64,000 bases of DNA from an uncultured Pseudomonadales bacterium (GCA_964507925.1 CAZDRB010000001.1:15072-79071), one strand, 5' to 3'. Positions 35,714 through 45,487 are shown, counted from the stretch's first letter. The notes: generated from the letters alone by a model not told the origin. Numbers and translations are program-made.

Positions 35714-36754
35714 CTAGATAACCTCCATGACACCACTATACATCCCCATACTACAGGTATAGGTATATTTACCGAGTTTGGTCGGAGTAAATTTGTGGAC
35801 CTTGGTGTCGACAGGTTTGAGAACGTCGTAGATATTGAAAGCTTTAAAGGTAAAAGCAGTTGCACAGCTATAGACCCCACCACTTGTGTTTAGAGTTAGC
35901 TCAACTGGAACGCCCGACTTGACGCGGAAGTAGCGCGGGGCATATCCACCATTTGAGACTGAGATCGTGACTTTTTGAATACCATTTTGCAAAAGGACAT
36001 TTGGATCTTGGCCCTTTGGCGCTGATTTGTCATAAGGTGGCAACAGCCTGACTATTTGTGGACCTAGTCTTTGAAGTGAATATGGACTATCGGCAACTTG
36101 GAGAATACCATTGATCCCGCTGATTCCCATAATAATTAACAGGAAGGCGGCGACGCGCAAAAAATCTCTTCGCCAGACTTCTGAGAGCCTGGAGGTACCG
36201 ATGCCTATGAGGAAAAATAGGGGGGCAGTCCCGAGGACAAATGTCCCCATAATTAGCGCTCCTTCGACCGCTGAGCTGCTACTGAGGGCGAGGACCGCCA
36301 TAGCTTGAGTCACTCCGCAAGGAACAAAGACAGTGAGTAAACCCAGAATCCCGGGGGCAAAGAGACTCGCATTTTGCTCGTTGTTTTTGAGTTTTTTGTA
36401 TACCCATCTAGGAGGACGGATCGCGATGTAGCGGAAAATGGGATGGACTTCGAGTAAATTGAGTGCGGTTGCGAGCATAAATCCGGCAGCGAGTCCCTGG
36501 AAAATCAACTTAGCTGTGAGTGACAGCTCAACTGCGCTCCCAACGAGGCCGAGTAAAGCTCCCAAAATCATGTGGCTCACTAGCTTGCTGGTCATGAAGG
36601 CAGTAACTGGAGCAATATCATCACGACCAAACCCTGGATTAACTGCGATCTTTTTCTGATTGGCTATCACACTCGCGAGTAGACCTCCCTGCATGGCGGC
36701 GCAAGTTACGCCACCTGTAGTTAATCCGGTCAAAAATATTAGCCAAAGATTCAT
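35714..36754 (-). CDS. Membrane protein (TauE/CcdA-like N-terminal permease-type domain) fused to a C-terminal periplasmic cupredoxin-like domain
   Basis: N-terminal ~230 aa polytopic with GVTCAAMQGG and VFVPCGVTQA Cys motifs. C-terminal YAPRYFRVKSGVPVELTLNT ... YTYTCSMGMYSGVMEV (cupredoxin_1-like with a Cys/Met Cu site). In an operon with copZ and copA. Confidence 0.5.
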   Translation of the reverse strand: MNLWLIFLTGLTTGGVTCAAMQGGLLASVIANQKKIAVNPGFGRDDIAPVTAFMTSKLVSHMILGALLGLVGSAVELSLTAKLIFQGLAAGFMLATALNLLEVHPIFRYIAIRPPRWVYKKLKNNEQNASLFAPGILGLLTVFVPCGVTQAMAVLALSSSSAVEGALIMGTFVLGTAPLFFLIGIGTSRLSEVWRRDFLRVAAFLLIIMGISGINGILQVADSPYSLQRLGPQIVRLLPPYDKSAPKGQDPNVLLQNGIQKVTISVSNGGYAPRYFRVKSGVPVELTLNTSGGVYSCATAFTFKAFNIYDVLKPVDTKVHKFTPTKLGKYTYTCSMGMYSGVMEVI

Positions 36755-36764
36755 AGTCTCTCCA

Positions 36765-39053
36765 TCATAAACGAATAGCTTTTAGGCGCAAGGAATTGGT
36801 AACGACTGAGACAGAGGAAAAAGCCATGGCGGCTCCGGCAATGCCAGGGTTGAGCATCACTCCGTAGAGAGGATATAAGATACCAGCGGCAATCGGAATT
36901 CCGATAATATTATAAAAGAACGCCCAAAAGAGATTTTGTTTGATGACGCGAAAAGTTAGGCGTGATAGTCGGATAGCTTGCGGGAGGCGCTCGAGATTGC
37001 CACCGAGGAGCGTGAGTCCTGCCGACTCGATTGCAACATCTGTGCCGGTCCCCATGGCGATACCAACATCAGAAGTAGCTAGAGCTGGGGCGTCGTTGAC
37101 TCCATCACCGACCATAGCGACCCCGCCATGGCGATGGTTTCGAGCTTGAATTTTTTTAATTATGTCGGCTTTTTCTCCCGGTAATACCTCTGCAAATATT
37201 TCGTCAATGCCGATCTGTTTACCGATATGTTCGGCGGTTAAGCGATGATCGCCGGTGAGCATGGCTACTTTGAGACCGAGCTTGTGCAGATCTTTAATAA
37301 CTTGCTCAGACTCTTCTTTGAGTGTGTCACTAACTCCTAGATACATCAAGATTGATTTTTTTGTAGCGAGGATAATTGGGGTTGCCCCCTCTTTGGCAAA
37401 TTCTTCGAGTATTGCTTGGTCTATTTTTATCCCCAACTCAGTCATGAGTTTGGTGTTGCCGGCATAATACTCTACCTTGTCGACTTTACCCTTGAGCCCT
37501 TGACCGGAAATTGCTGAAAAACCAGTTACTTGCAAAAGCTTGATCTTTTTTTCTTTTGCATGGTCAACTATGGCCTGCGCCAGAGGATGTTCCGATTGCG
37601 ACTCTAGCGAGGCCAAGATTTGCATAAGATTATCTTTACCAGAACCAACTATCTTGTGATGTGTGACGGATGGAGCGCCTTTGGTCAAGGTGCCGGTTTT
37701 GTCCAGAACAACAAAATTAACAGCGCGAAGCTTTTCCAGGCTTTCCGCATTTTTGACTAGAATCCCTTTGCCCGCTGCTTTGCCTACACCCACAATGATG
37801 GCGGTAGGCGTGGCTAGACCCAGGGCGCAAGGACAGGCAATCACAAGTATTCCCACAAAACTAAGAAGCCCTAGGAGGGGATTGCCGAGGGCTGTCCAGA
37901 GGACAAACACTAAAACTGAGAGGACAAGGACAATCGGAACAAATACGGCTGAGATCTGATCAGTCAATCTCTCAATAGGAGCGTGACTACCTTGAGCAGC
38001 CTCGACCATTTTGATGATTTGGGCAAGCATTGTACTCTCGCCGACAACGCTCGCGCGAAATTGAAATGCTCCTTGCTTGTTGATTGTGCCGCCAATTACT
38101 TTGTCACCGACTACCTTGTCTACCGGAAGAGGTTCTCCGGTTAACATCGATTCGTCGATACTGCTATCACCTTTGATAATTTTGCCGTCTACCGGGATTT
38201 TGACTCCAGGCTTGACGATAATGATCTCGCCTACGACTACTTCGCTAACTGGGATCTCGATCTCTTTCCCATCCCTAAGGACAAGCGCAGTTTTGGCTTG
38301 GAGTCCTAACAGCTTCTCGATCGCTTCGCCAGTCTTGAGCTTGGAGCTAGCTTCTAGATATTTGCCAAAAGTGATAAAGCCGATGACCACAATGGTCACG
38401 TCAAAGTATAATCCTTCTGGCGCACTTAGAGCTGCATGAATGCCTGGAAAAAGTAATAGTGTCGAACTATATATGTAGGCAACGAGCGTGCCAATGCCAA
38501 CCAAACTATCCATGTTGGCGACGCGGTATCTGATAAAGCGAGCTACTCCTTGAATATATGGTTGCCCGATCCAGAACATAATGGGAGTCGCTAGGACGAA
38601 AGAGAGAGAGTTAAATGTCATCATCGAGAGAGGGAGTTTGGGCAGGAAGCCAAATTGGCTTGATAAAAGATCCCAAATCATCAGGACAAAGACAATGAGC
38701 GCGATCGGCATGACGAAATAGGTTTTTTGACGTAGCTTGTCGAGCTCGGCCAATTTTTCGGCTTTTTTTGTGGAATCGGAAGTAACTACAGCACCCATGT
38801 CATGGCCATAGTGAGGACTCTTGGGATCGAGTGTATCAGAGAGTTTCATATCATGCATTGTGTATCCGAGTGGGGAGATTGCTTGATTGATAGTAGAGGT
38901 AGCCACATGGCGCGAAGTTGATACTTCGGCGGTTTCGGTTGCTAGATTGACATGGGCCTTTTCCACTCCGGGCAACTTTTCTAGTTTGCGCTTGATAGTG
39001 CTCGCGCAGCTCGCGCAGTGCATGCCAGAAACTGAGTATTTAGTGGCTACCAT
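36765..39053 (-). CDS. copA: Copper-translocating P1B-type ATPase CopA
   Basis: N-terminal [19 protein letters not shown] motif [29 protein letters not shown]. 762 aa. Confidence 0.9.
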   Translation of the reverse strand: MVATKYSVSGMHCASCASTIKRKLEKLPGVEKAHVNLATETAEVSTSRHVATSTINQAISPLGYTMHDMKLSDTLDPKSPHYGHDMGAVVTSDSTKKAEKLAELDKLRQKTYFVMPIALIVFVLMIWDLLSSQFGFLPKLPLSMMTFNSLSFVLATPIMFWIGQPYIQGVARFIRYRVANMDSLVGIGTLVAYIYSSTLLLFPGIHAALSAPEGLYFDVTIVVIGFITFGKYLEASSKLKTGEAIEKLLGLQAKTALVLRDGKEIEIPVSEVVVGEIIIVKPGVKIPVDGKIIKGDSSIDESMLTGEPLPVDKVVGDKVIGGTINKQGAFQFRASVVGESTMLAQIIKMVEAAQGSHAPIERLTDQISAVFVPIVLVLSVLVFVLWTALGNPLLGLLSFVGILVIACPCALGLATPTAIIVGVGKAAGKGILVKNAESLEKLRAVNFVVLDKTGTLTKGAPSVTHHKIVGSGKDNLMQILASLESQSEHPLAQAIVDHAKEKKIKLLQVTGFSAISGQGLKGKVDKVEYYAGNTKLMTELGIKIDQAILEEFAKEGATPIILATKKSILMYLGVSDTLKEESEQVIKDLHKLGLKVAMLTGDHRLTAEHIGKQIGIDEIFAEVLPGEKADIIKKIQARNHRHGGVAMVGDGVNDAPALATSDVGIAMGTGTDVAIESAGLTLLGGNLERLPQAIRLSRLTFRVIKQNLFWAFFYNIIGIPIAAGILYPLYGVMLNPGIAGAAMAFSSVSVVTNSLRLKAIRL

Positions 39054-39471
39054 GAAACTCCTTTAGACATCCCTTGCCGCAAAAATAGTGGCGGGCGCCG
39101 TCATATTCTGCTGTATAACTTGCTGATCCCGGCGTTAGATGCATATGACAGATGGGGTCGATTACGGTGGGCTCTGCATCATCGATTGCCTTGAGTTTGG
39201 AGAGGTTTTTGGTGAAGCTCGCGAGCTCTCCAAAAAGCTGGGAGTCAAGCGAGTAATATATTTCTTTGCCAATCTTTTTTGAGCGAACAAGCTGCTGATT
39301 CTTGAGAAGCATCAGGTGTTGGCTGACGGTAGCTTGCCTGAGTGCGGTCATCTGAACAATCTGATTAACAGTCAAGGAATGACCTTGGAGCAAGCAGGTA
39401 ATCTCTAACCGCTTGGCGTGTCCAAGGGCTTTGTAGAGACCAGAATTTTTCTTGAGAACCGAGGCTTTCAT
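39040..39471 (-). CDS. ArsR/SmtB-family metalloregulator fused to a C-terminal TRASH/YHS metal-binding domain
   Basis: w[33 protein letters not shown], then DPICHMHL ... [10 protein letters not shown] (TRASH/YHS CxHx...CxxxC). Overlaps the copA start. Confidence 0.7.
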   Translation of the reverse strand: MKASVLKKNSGLYKALGHAKRLEITCLLQGHSLTVNQIVQMTALRQATVSQHLMLLKNQQLVRSKKIGKEIYYSLDSQLFGELASFTKNLSKLKAIDDAEPTVIDPICHMHLTPGSASYTAEYDGARHYFCGKGCLKEFHGSH

Positions 39472-39485
39472 ACCTCTATCATATT

Positions 39486-39932
39486 CTATTTTTTGAATAT
39501 GTCAAATGCTTTAATGGCCTCTCTAAAAAATCCGCTGTCCTGACCGAAATTAAAAGACTTAAATTCTTCTGTAGTGACCCATCTGTATTCGATATGTTCA
39601 TCGGACAAGGTAACCTCACCTCTCCAGTCAGCGGACGTATAACAAATACCAAAAACTGTAGATCCCTGAAAAAATCCTGCTGACACTCCAATTTTGTTCA
39701 TAAAAAATATAGGAGTGACAGAGTTTATAGTGATACCAGCTTCTTCTCTTACTTCTCTTTTGATGGCCTCGATAACATCTTCGCCCTGTTCGTAACCACC
39801 ACCTGGCAGATCCCAGTTGCCGCCACGTGAGTGATCGTCCATTGCGCGCTTAAAAGCCAATATTTTCCCATCTTTGCTGACGATGATGCATTTTTGAATT
39901 AGGCGGACGTTGTTTAGAATTTTGTCACTCAT
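39486..39932 (-). CDS. NUDIX hydrolase
   Basis: Nudix box GGGYEQGEDVIEAIKREVREEAGI. 148 aa. Confidence 0.8.
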   Translation of the reverse strand: MSDKILNNVRLIQKCIIVSKDGKILAFKRAMDDHSRGGNWDLPGGGYEQGEDVIEAIKREVREEAGITINSVTPIFFMNKIGVSAGFFQGSTVFGICYTSADWRGEVTLSDEHIEYRWVTTEEFKSFNFGQDSGFFREAIKAFDIFKK

Positions 39933-40567
39933 AATTCTTGTGTGACGTCGATTATTTTTGACTCGTCGCCTATAACCTCTACATATTGATTGTCGTTGAG
40001 GAGAATAAAGGGCGGCATTTGTTCTGAATATATTTTTTCTATGCGACCGCCCAAGTATTTGTTACGAAATTCTTTACTCCCCCAATGAGGTACTACCGTG
40101 AAATTGACTAGGTTAAATCCAGTGTAATCTGCCAAAGGTGGCTGGACGAACCTGTCTTCTCTTGCATATGGAGGGAGGGCTGGTCCTGCGATAATAGAGC
40201 CAGCGCTAGTCGAAATGTAGATCATTCCTGCTTTGACTCGTTCTTTTACGTAAGATCCAAAATTATTCTTTTGAGACTCTTGGAGTAGATATGGGGAGCT
40301 ACCCCCTTCTACGTATATACATTTATATTGAGATAAATCATTCCGAATATTGTCTTCGGTTTTTTCCTCGATGTCGTACATATCAAAATGGAATCCGTTA
40401 TCTTCCAAACTCTTTATGTTGGTGTAGTGCCACGTGAGATCAGAGCCAGGCTTGCCCTTTAGAGTAGTAGTGATGAAAACCGTTTTTTTCTTAATGTCAG
40501 CATTTAACTTCTGCCCAACGCTGTGAGCTACGTACTGGATTTGGGAGGTGAGGAAAAGGCGGCTCAT
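39929..40567 (-). CDS. Peptidase S51 family (dipeptidase E-like)
   Basis: IYVEGGSS and ISTSAGSIIAGP (S51 nucleophile Ser context). 212 aa. Confidence 0.6.
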   Translation of the reverse strand: MSRLFLTSQIQYVAHSVGQKLNADIKKKTVFITTTLKGKPGSDLTWHYTNIKSLEDNGFHFDMYDIEEKTEDNIRNDLSQYKCIYVEGGSSPYLLQESQKNNFGSYVKERVKAGMIYISTSAGSIIAGPALPPYAREDRFVQPPLADYTGFNLVNFTVVPHWGSKEFRNKYLGGRIEKIYSEQMPPFILLNDNQYVEVIGDESKIIDVTQEL

Positions 40568-40869
40568 TTATCCTTTTTCCGGTCGATTTTGTCTAGTCCC
40601 AAGATATGGACGCCAAAGTATACGACGAGGGCGACCACGATAAAGTCAATCATGGTTGAGAGAAAGTTGCCCCACATGAGATGAGAGCTACCGATCTCAA
40701 CACTAGCGTCTCTCAGCTCGCCGGTAAAGCCGAGGAGAAGGCCGATCACGGGATTGATAATATCGTTAATGAGCGCCGTCACGAGTTTGGAGACGGCTCC
40801 ACCTAGGAGAAAACCAACAGCGAGCCCGACAACTCCCTGCTCACGAACAAAGTTAAGAAAGCCCTTCAT
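40564..40869 (-). CDS. mscL: Large-conductance mechanosensitive channel MscL
   Basis: MKGFLNFVREQGVVGLAVGFLLGGAVSKLVTALINDIINPVIGLL is the MscL TM1 signature. Start ATG at 40869. Confidence 0.85.
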   Translation of the reverse strand: MKGFLNFVREQGVVGLAVGFLLGGAVSKLVTALINDIINPVIGLLLGFTGELRDASVEIGSSHLMWGNFLSTMIDFIVVALVVYFGVHILGLDKIDRKKDK

Positions 40870-40870
40870 A

Positions 40871-40902
40871 TTGACATTATAACAAGGATTGTGTGCTATA
40901 AT
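40871..40902 (+). promoter_or_regulatory. Promoter for the RRM protein gene: TTGACA (40871-40876) ... TGcTATAAT extended -10 (40894-40902), ~100-nt 5' UTR
   Basis: Read directly. Spacer is long (20 nt), but the extended -10 is perfect. Confidence 0.4.
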
Positions 40903-41002
40903 CACCATAGTTATTTATGTGTACATGCTTTTCCAGAACGATAGCGAATTTTTCCTGTTAGTTTAAAGCGAAGTGATGGCACGCGTTTATGGAGGTCGCC
41001 AC

Positions 41003-41377
41003 ATGGCAACCAAATTATTTGTCGGAAGTTTAGCCTGGGCTACAACTGACGATTCATTACAAGCATTTTTCTCCCAGGTAGGAACTGTTACCAGTGCCCG
41101 CGTCATCACTGACCGTGCAACTGGCCGCTCAAAAGGCTTTGGCTTTGTTGAGATGAGTACGGAAGAAGAGGCTCAAAAAGCTGTCGCCGAACTTAACGGC
41201 AAAGACCTAGATGGTCGCGCTATCGTCGTCAACGAAGCACGCCCCATGGAACCTCGCGACAATAGTCGTGGTGGATTTGGTGGTGGTGGATTCGGTGGCG
41301 GACGTCCTCAAGGTGGAGGATACGGTGGATCACGAGACAACAATCGTGGTGGCGGATATGGCCGCTCTAGCTACTAA
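41003..41377 (+). CDS. Glycine-rich RNA-binding protein (single RRM)
   Basis: RNP2 KLFVGSL and RNP1 KGFGFVEM, then a GGFGGGGFGGGRPQGGGYGG tail. Start at MATKLFVG (ATG 41003), preceded by GGAGG. Confidence 0.85.
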   Translation: MATKLFVGSLAWATTDDSLQAFFSQVGTVTSARVITDRATGRSKGFGFVEMSTEEEAQKAVAELNGKDLDGRAIVVNEARPMEPRDNSRGGFGGGGFGGGRPQGGGYGGSRDNNRGGGYGRSSY

Positions 41378-41408
41378 TATTGCTAAATAGTATTAGAAAA
41401 ACAAAAAA

Positions 41409-41432
41409 ACCCGTCGCAAGGCGGGTTTTTTG
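41409..41432. terminator. Rho-independent terminator, bidirectional type (A-run, ACCCGTC-GCAA-GGCGGGT, T-run)
   Basis: Read directly. GNRA-like GCAA tetraloop, 7-bp stem with one G-U, six T. Confidence 0.7.
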
Positions 41433-41449
41433 TAGAGTATACTGGTGAT

Positions 41450-41998
41450 ATGCCAGTACAAGCAGATAAAATTGAGATATTGATCTCTAAAGAGGAGATC
41501 AAGGGAATTGTAGAGCGGATCGCAAGCGAAATAGCGCGGGACTTTGCAGGAGAAGAGGTTATCCTAGTTGGAGTCCTGGACGGTGCGTTTGTTTTTTTGT
41601 ATGAGCTTGCGCGAGCTCTTTACAAACAAGGAATGGAGAGAATAGTAATTGATTTTGTCGGGATGGATACGTATGGTGATGGGACTGTATCCTCTGGTGA
41701 GCCCAAGATCACCAAAGATCTTAAGCAAGATATTGGTGGCAAGAATGTAATTCTTGTAGAAGATATTGTCGATACTGGATTTAGTTTGTCTATCCTACAG
41801 GCGATGATGAAGGCGAGAAAACCAAAAAGACTGGCTACCGCGGCGATGCTCTCCAAGAGCAAGAGACGCGAAATTGAAGTACCCGTGGAGTATGTCGGCC
41901 GAGAGATACCGAATAAGTTTGTGGTTGGGTACGGACTAGATTACGAGGGCAAATACCTGCGAGAGTTACCGTATATTGGAGTAGTGGCTAGTGACTAA
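41450..41998 (+). CDS. hpt: Hypoxanthine-guanine phosphoribosyltransferase
   Basis: VILVEDIVDTGFSLS (PRPP-binding motif) and the overall HGPRT pattern. 182 aa. Confidence 0.85.
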   Translation: MPVQADKIEILISKEEIKGIVERIASEIARDFAGEEVILVGVLDGAFVFLYELARALYKQGMERIVIDFVGMDTYGDGTVSSGEPKITKDLKQDIGGKNVILVEDIVDTGFSLSILQAMMKARKPKRLATAAMLSKSKRREIEVPVEYVGREIPNKFVVGYGLDYEGKYLRELPYIGVVASD

Positions 41999-43204
41999 AT
42001 ACCTTTTTCGCAGTCGCAGTAAAAATGACAACGCCCAGACACTGAGCCCGATAACTCCCACTATGACTGTGTATTGAGGCAGGCCATTGTTTTCGGCGAT
42101 TTTGCCTATCACTAGTGCCAATAGAACATACGGCAACCTGGTAAATAGAGCAATGGCCGAGAGAGTTGTGGCCCGGTGGTTAGTTGGGGTATGTTCGTTG
42201 ATAAATTGTGAAAACAAGATGTCTACATGTGTAAGCGCCATTGCTAAAAGGATCATGAGAGTTCCTCCGACCAAGAATTTTTGTGGAAGACCAATCAAGA
42301 GAAACACTAAAGAGAAAATAAAGGTAGTTATAATAATATGCTTTGATTGCGAAAGCCATTTTTGAATCCAGCGCATAATGCTCAACGAGATTATAACGCT
42401 AAATGAGATGACCGAGAGTAAGTAGGCGTAGGTGGTTGGAGTATATCCAAAACGTTCTGCCGTAAAGGGTCGGAGTATCCCCCAGTTATACATATAACCT
42501 ATACTTAAAATAGTTAGGCAAAGGAAGGCAAATGACACGACTTTTGGATTAATGAGAACTGCAAGGCCGTCTTTAATTTGTGTTAGATAGAGTTTTGGTG
42601 ACCAAGTATTTTCAGGTTTTTTGACAACAATTTCTTTTAAGAAATAGGCTGCAATAACACCAATTATTCCGACCATACCAGCTGTAAGGTAAGGCAAGCG
42701 AAGTCCGATTGCAAAGAGTGCGCCTCCGATTGCGGTTGCACTCAGATTGACTACTCTGCCGATAATGGTCGAGGTTGTGATAACCTCTTTCCAATTATTT
42801 TCGTACCCCTCCTCTTTGAGCGAGTCGTAGGCCAAGGCCTCGGTCGCGCCGGACTGGAAGGCGTAGCCGATTGTCCATAACATATACCAGAGGGTGATAG
42901 AAAAAAATGAGCTACTGATAGCAATCAAAAGATTGCCAGCAGAGAGCATAATATTGCCAAGTAGGATTGTTTTCTTTCTGCCTATAATATCAGCCATCAC
43001 TCCCGACGGCAGTTCTACTAAAAATCCAACAGCAAAAGTGATTGAGTCTGAGATCCCTATCTGAGTCTTGGTCATAAAGGCTCCCCAGATGAATGCCCAG
43101 ACGGCAGAGGCAAACCAAGCATTGTAAACTCCGCTCAATACATAAAACATCGCGATGTTAGGGATATGAGAATAGGGAAATATCTTGCGAAGGTATCTTT
43201 TCAT
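41966..43204 (-). CDS. MFS transporter
   Basis: 12 predicted TM, GRKKTILLGNIM (MFS motif A-like). 412 aa. Confidence 0.8.
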   Translation of the reverse strand: MKRYLRKIFPYSHIPNIAMFYVLSGVYNAWFASAVWAFIWGAFMTKTQIGISDSITFAVGFLVELPSGVMADIIGRKKTILLGNIMLSAGNLLIAISSSFFSITLWYMLWTIGYAFQSGATEALAYDSLKEEGYENNWKEVITTSTIIGRVVNLSATAIGGALFAIGLRLPYLTAGMVGIIGVIAAYFLKEIVVKKPENTWSPKLYLTQIKDGLAVLINPKVVSFAFLCLTILSIGYMYNWGILRPFTAERFGYTPTTYAYLLSVISFSVIISLSIMRWIQKWLSQSKHIIITTFIFSLVFLLIGLPQKFLVGGTLMILLAMALTHVDILFSQFINEHTPTNHRATTLSAIALFTRLPYVLLALVIGKIAENNGLPQYTVIVGVIGLSVWALSFLLRLRKRYLVTSHYSNIR

Positions 43205-43213
43205 AAATAAAGA

Positions 43214-43450
43214 TTATATCAAGGCGAACTTCTGTTGATGAGTAAGTTTTTTGAGGGCAGCCTCGCGCTTTAGAGCGCTAGACTTGTCAGGATGCTCTTC
43301 AGTGTAGACGACTCTCAACGGCTTGTGACTCCGAGTGTAGCTAGCACCTTTGCCCGATAAATGCTTGGCAAAACGACTTTCGATATTATCTGTTGAGCCG
43401 AGGTAGTAACTACCATCCTCGCACTCTAGCATGTAGACAAAGTAAGTCAT
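43214..43450 (-). CDS. GIY-YIG nuclease family protein (UPF0213)
   Basis: YFVYMLECEDGSYYLGSTDNIESRFAKH is a GIY-YIG signature. 78 aa. Confidence 0.8.
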   Translation of the reverse strand: MTYFVYMLECEDGSYYLGSTDNIESRFAKHLSGKGASYTRSHKPLRVVYTEEHPDKSSALKREAALKKLTHQQKFALI

Positions 43451-43468
43451 TGCCTCTATTATGACCCA

Positions 43469-44014
43469 ATGGAAGAAAAATGTCCTAAGTGTGGAAACCC
43501 CCTCGCCCCAGTAACAGAAACCAAAACTGGTCGTCAGTTACAGCGCTGTAGTGCAGGAAACTGGAACCCTGAGACCCGCAAGAATGAGGGTTGTGACTAC
43601 GTCAAATGGCTCGAGGTCAAACCTCAGGAGTTAGACGAAAAATGCCCCAAGTGTGGCAACCCACTAGTTCTTAACGTCACGAGATTCGGTAAGAAAATGA
43701 AGAAGTGCTCGACCAACGTGTGGAATGCCGAACTTAAAAAAGCCGAAGGTTGCGACTATATAGAGTGGATCAATGGCACGACCGAGGCGCTTGACGAGGA
43801 CTGTCCGGAGTGTGGCAAAAAACTAGTTTTGTATACAACGGCTGCGGGTAAGAAGATGAAAAAGTGCTCGACCGCCGGATGGGATCGGGAGAAAAAAGAG
43901 GCAACAGGATGCCCATATGTAGAGTGGCTCAAGGGAGTAGATTACGCGCCAAAAACAGAGAGCGGAGACGAGTTTTTGCCTCCTGAACCTATGCCTTCGG
44001 ATCTTGAAAGTTAG
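43469..44014 (+). CDS. Protein made of three tandem topoisomerase-I-type C4 zinc-ribbon repeats
   Basis: Three ~54 aa units: CPKCGNPL ... C ... W ... EGCDYVKWL; CPKCGNPLVLNVTRFGKKMKKCSTNVWN ... EGCDYIEW; CPECGKKLVLYTTAAGKKMKKCSTAGWD ... TGCPYVEW. Resembles the zf-C4_Topoisom module. Confidence 0.6.
   Translation: MEEKCPKCGNPLAPVTETKTGRQLQRCSAGNWNPETRKNEGCDYVKWLEVKPQELDEKCPKCGNPLVLNVTRFGKKMKKCSTNVWNAELKKAEGCDYIEWINGTTEALDEDCPECGKKLVLYTTAAGKKMKKCSTAGWDREKKEATGCPYVEWLKGVDYAPKTESGDEFLPPEPMPSDLES
43481..43943 (+). repeat. Three in-frame tandem repeats (~160 nt each) encoding the zinc-ribbon units
   Basis: Unit boundaries near 43481, 43643 and 43802, derived from the protein periodicity. Confidence 0.6.
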
Positions 44015-44414
44015 CGAGTATTTCTCCTACGTGATTATCAGGACTAACATTTTTGTATATTTTGGCGACCCTCCCTTTTGGATCAATTAGATAGGTTGTG
44101 CGACTATTGATGTCGTAATCTTTGTGGACGATTCCCCTCTCGTCGCTGAGGAGTGGAAAATTGAGATGGTATTTCCCCGCGAACTTTTTATGTGACTTGG
44201 TCGAGTCTTTGGAAACTCCGAGAACTACCATTCCGAGTTTCTCTATTTCGGACATGGAGTCGCGAAAGTTGCAGGCTTCTGTAGTGCAACCGGGAGTATC
44301 GTCTTTGGGGTAAAAATAGAGAACAACCCATTTGCCGAGGTAGTCGGTCAAGTGATGGATGTGACCATCCTGGTCAGGGAGGGAAAAGATTGGGGCGGCA
44401 TCGGAGATTTTCAT
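43989..44414 (-). CDS. bcp: Peroxiredoxin Bcp (thiol peroxidase)
   Basis: YFYPKDDTPGCTTEACNFRD (peroxidatic Cys motif). 141 aa. Confidence 0.85.
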   Translation of the reverse strand: MKISDAAPIFSLPDQDGHIHHLTDYLGKWVVLYFYPKDDTPGCTTEACNFRDSMSEIEKLGMVVLGVSKDSTKSHKKFAGKYHLNFPLLSDERGIVHKDYDINSRTTYLIDPKGRVAKIYKNVSPDNHVGEILANFQDPKA

Positions 44415-44911
44415 TTAAGGTTAGTAAGTATCTTTTTAATCAACTGGTGTTGAGGAGAGAGTTCTGACTTAACTTCTTCGAGAGAAATGATCCCCCATTT
44501 TTCTTCGACTTTTGATTTAATGAGGGCGATAACTTCCTCAAAAGGCATGGTTGGGCGAAGGTAGCGGAGAGCGCAAACAAATCCCTGGACAGAGACAAAT
44601 CGATAACAATCGGCGTTGGCGACTATTTCAGATTCCAGTGAAAAGAACTTTTCTACCCCGTGATGTTCAAGTACACAGTGGCGGATATTTTCTTTTATTT
44701 GTTCTGTTAGATCAGAACTAGCTAGTAATTCGTTAGTTTTTTCTAGGCTCATTTGGATGTGCTCGGGTTGTCTCCCCTCTTTGATTGCTTGTCCGATCAT
44801 GCAGTCCATGATGAGTGTGCCTGCCTCGACAACCGATTCGTCTGCGCCAAGCTTTTTGGCTAACTCAATCCCTTTTTCTTTGGCGAGATCAACATGTCCA
44901 ATTAGGGGCAT
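44411..44911 (-). CDS. Hypothetical protein, possibly a degenerate HD-type phosphohydrolase
   Basis: GHVDLAKE, LEHHG and NADCYRF resemble spaced His/Asp ligands, but the canonical HD dyad is absent. 166 aa. Confidence 0.35.
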   Translation of the reverse strand: MPLIGHVDLAKEKGIELAKKLGADESVVEAGTLIMDCMIGQAIKEGRQPEHIQMSLEKTNELLASSDLTEQIKENIRHCVLEHHGVEKFFSLESEIVANADCYRFVSVQGFVCALRYLRPTMPFEEVIALIKSKVEEKWGIISLEEVKSELSPQHQLIKKILTNLK

Positions 44912-45024
44912 GCCTGTTATCTCAGCTTATTCGTAGGCGATTTCGTTAACTTTTTGCAAAAAATCTTGCATTGTCATGGGGATATTTTAGCAGGTCGATA
45001 GAAAGTGGGGACTAGCGTGTCGAG

Positions 45025-45098
45025 TGGTTGCCGGGCTAGGATTCGAACCTAGAAGACGACATTCAGAGTGTCGCATGATACCATTTCATCACTCGGCA
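45025..45098 (-). tRNA. tRNA-Gln (anticodon CUG), CCA encoded
   Basis: Hand-folded: acceptor TGCCGAG/CCCGGCA (one A6-C67 mismatch), D-arm ATGA-AATGGTA-TCAT, anticodon stem CGACA/TGTCG with loop CTCTGAA (U33, CUG, A37), T-arm CTAGG-TTCGAAT-CCTAG, discriminator A, then CCA. Confidence 0.8.
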
Positions 45099-45139
45099 GC
45101 TTGCCAGAGTATTTTACCGCACTTCGGACGTGAGAGGTA

Positions 45140-45481
45140 CTACTCCTTTGGTTTGAGTTTCCTAGCTTCGATTTTTTTGAGCGAGCCGAGGACCCGCTCG
45201 TGAAGATCAATATCCTTGATCCGCGCAATTCTGAGGATCGTGACGACGAGGTCGCCTAGCTCTTGTTCGTAGGACTCGTCCCTTTGGGCGGCCAGGTTCA
45301 GAGGCTTTCGGCCGTGCTCGGCGAGGTAAGCACGAGCGATCTCCCCGACCTCTTCGGTCAATGAAAGTAGAAGGATCGAGCCGTATTCTTTGGTGTATCT
45401 CTTGCCACGATCAATTCTACTGAGATAGTTGAAGTACTCGGAAAATGGGGACTTGAAATGGGTGCGCTTTTTTCTGGTCAT
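45140..45481 (-). CDS. MazG-like nucleotide pyrophosphohydrolase domain protein
   Basis: LTEEVGEIARAY ... EELGDLVVTILRIA (the paired EExxE metal-binding helices of the all-alpha NTP-PPase fold). 113 aa. Confidence 0.65.
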   Translation of the reverse strand: MTRKKRTHFKSPFSEYFNYLSRIDRGKRYTKEYGSILLLSLTEEVGEIARAYLAEHGRKPLNLAAQRDESYEQELGDLVVTILRIARIKDIDLHERVLGSLKKIEARKLKPKE

Positions 45482-45487
45482 GAATTA

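Noticed and set aside
43481-43943. Tandem ~160-nt repeats considered as a possible CRISPR-like or noncoding repeat array
   Set aside because: Repeats are in-frame within a single ORF and encode Cys4 zinc-ribbon units. Spacing and length do not fit CRISPR. No cas genes in the window.
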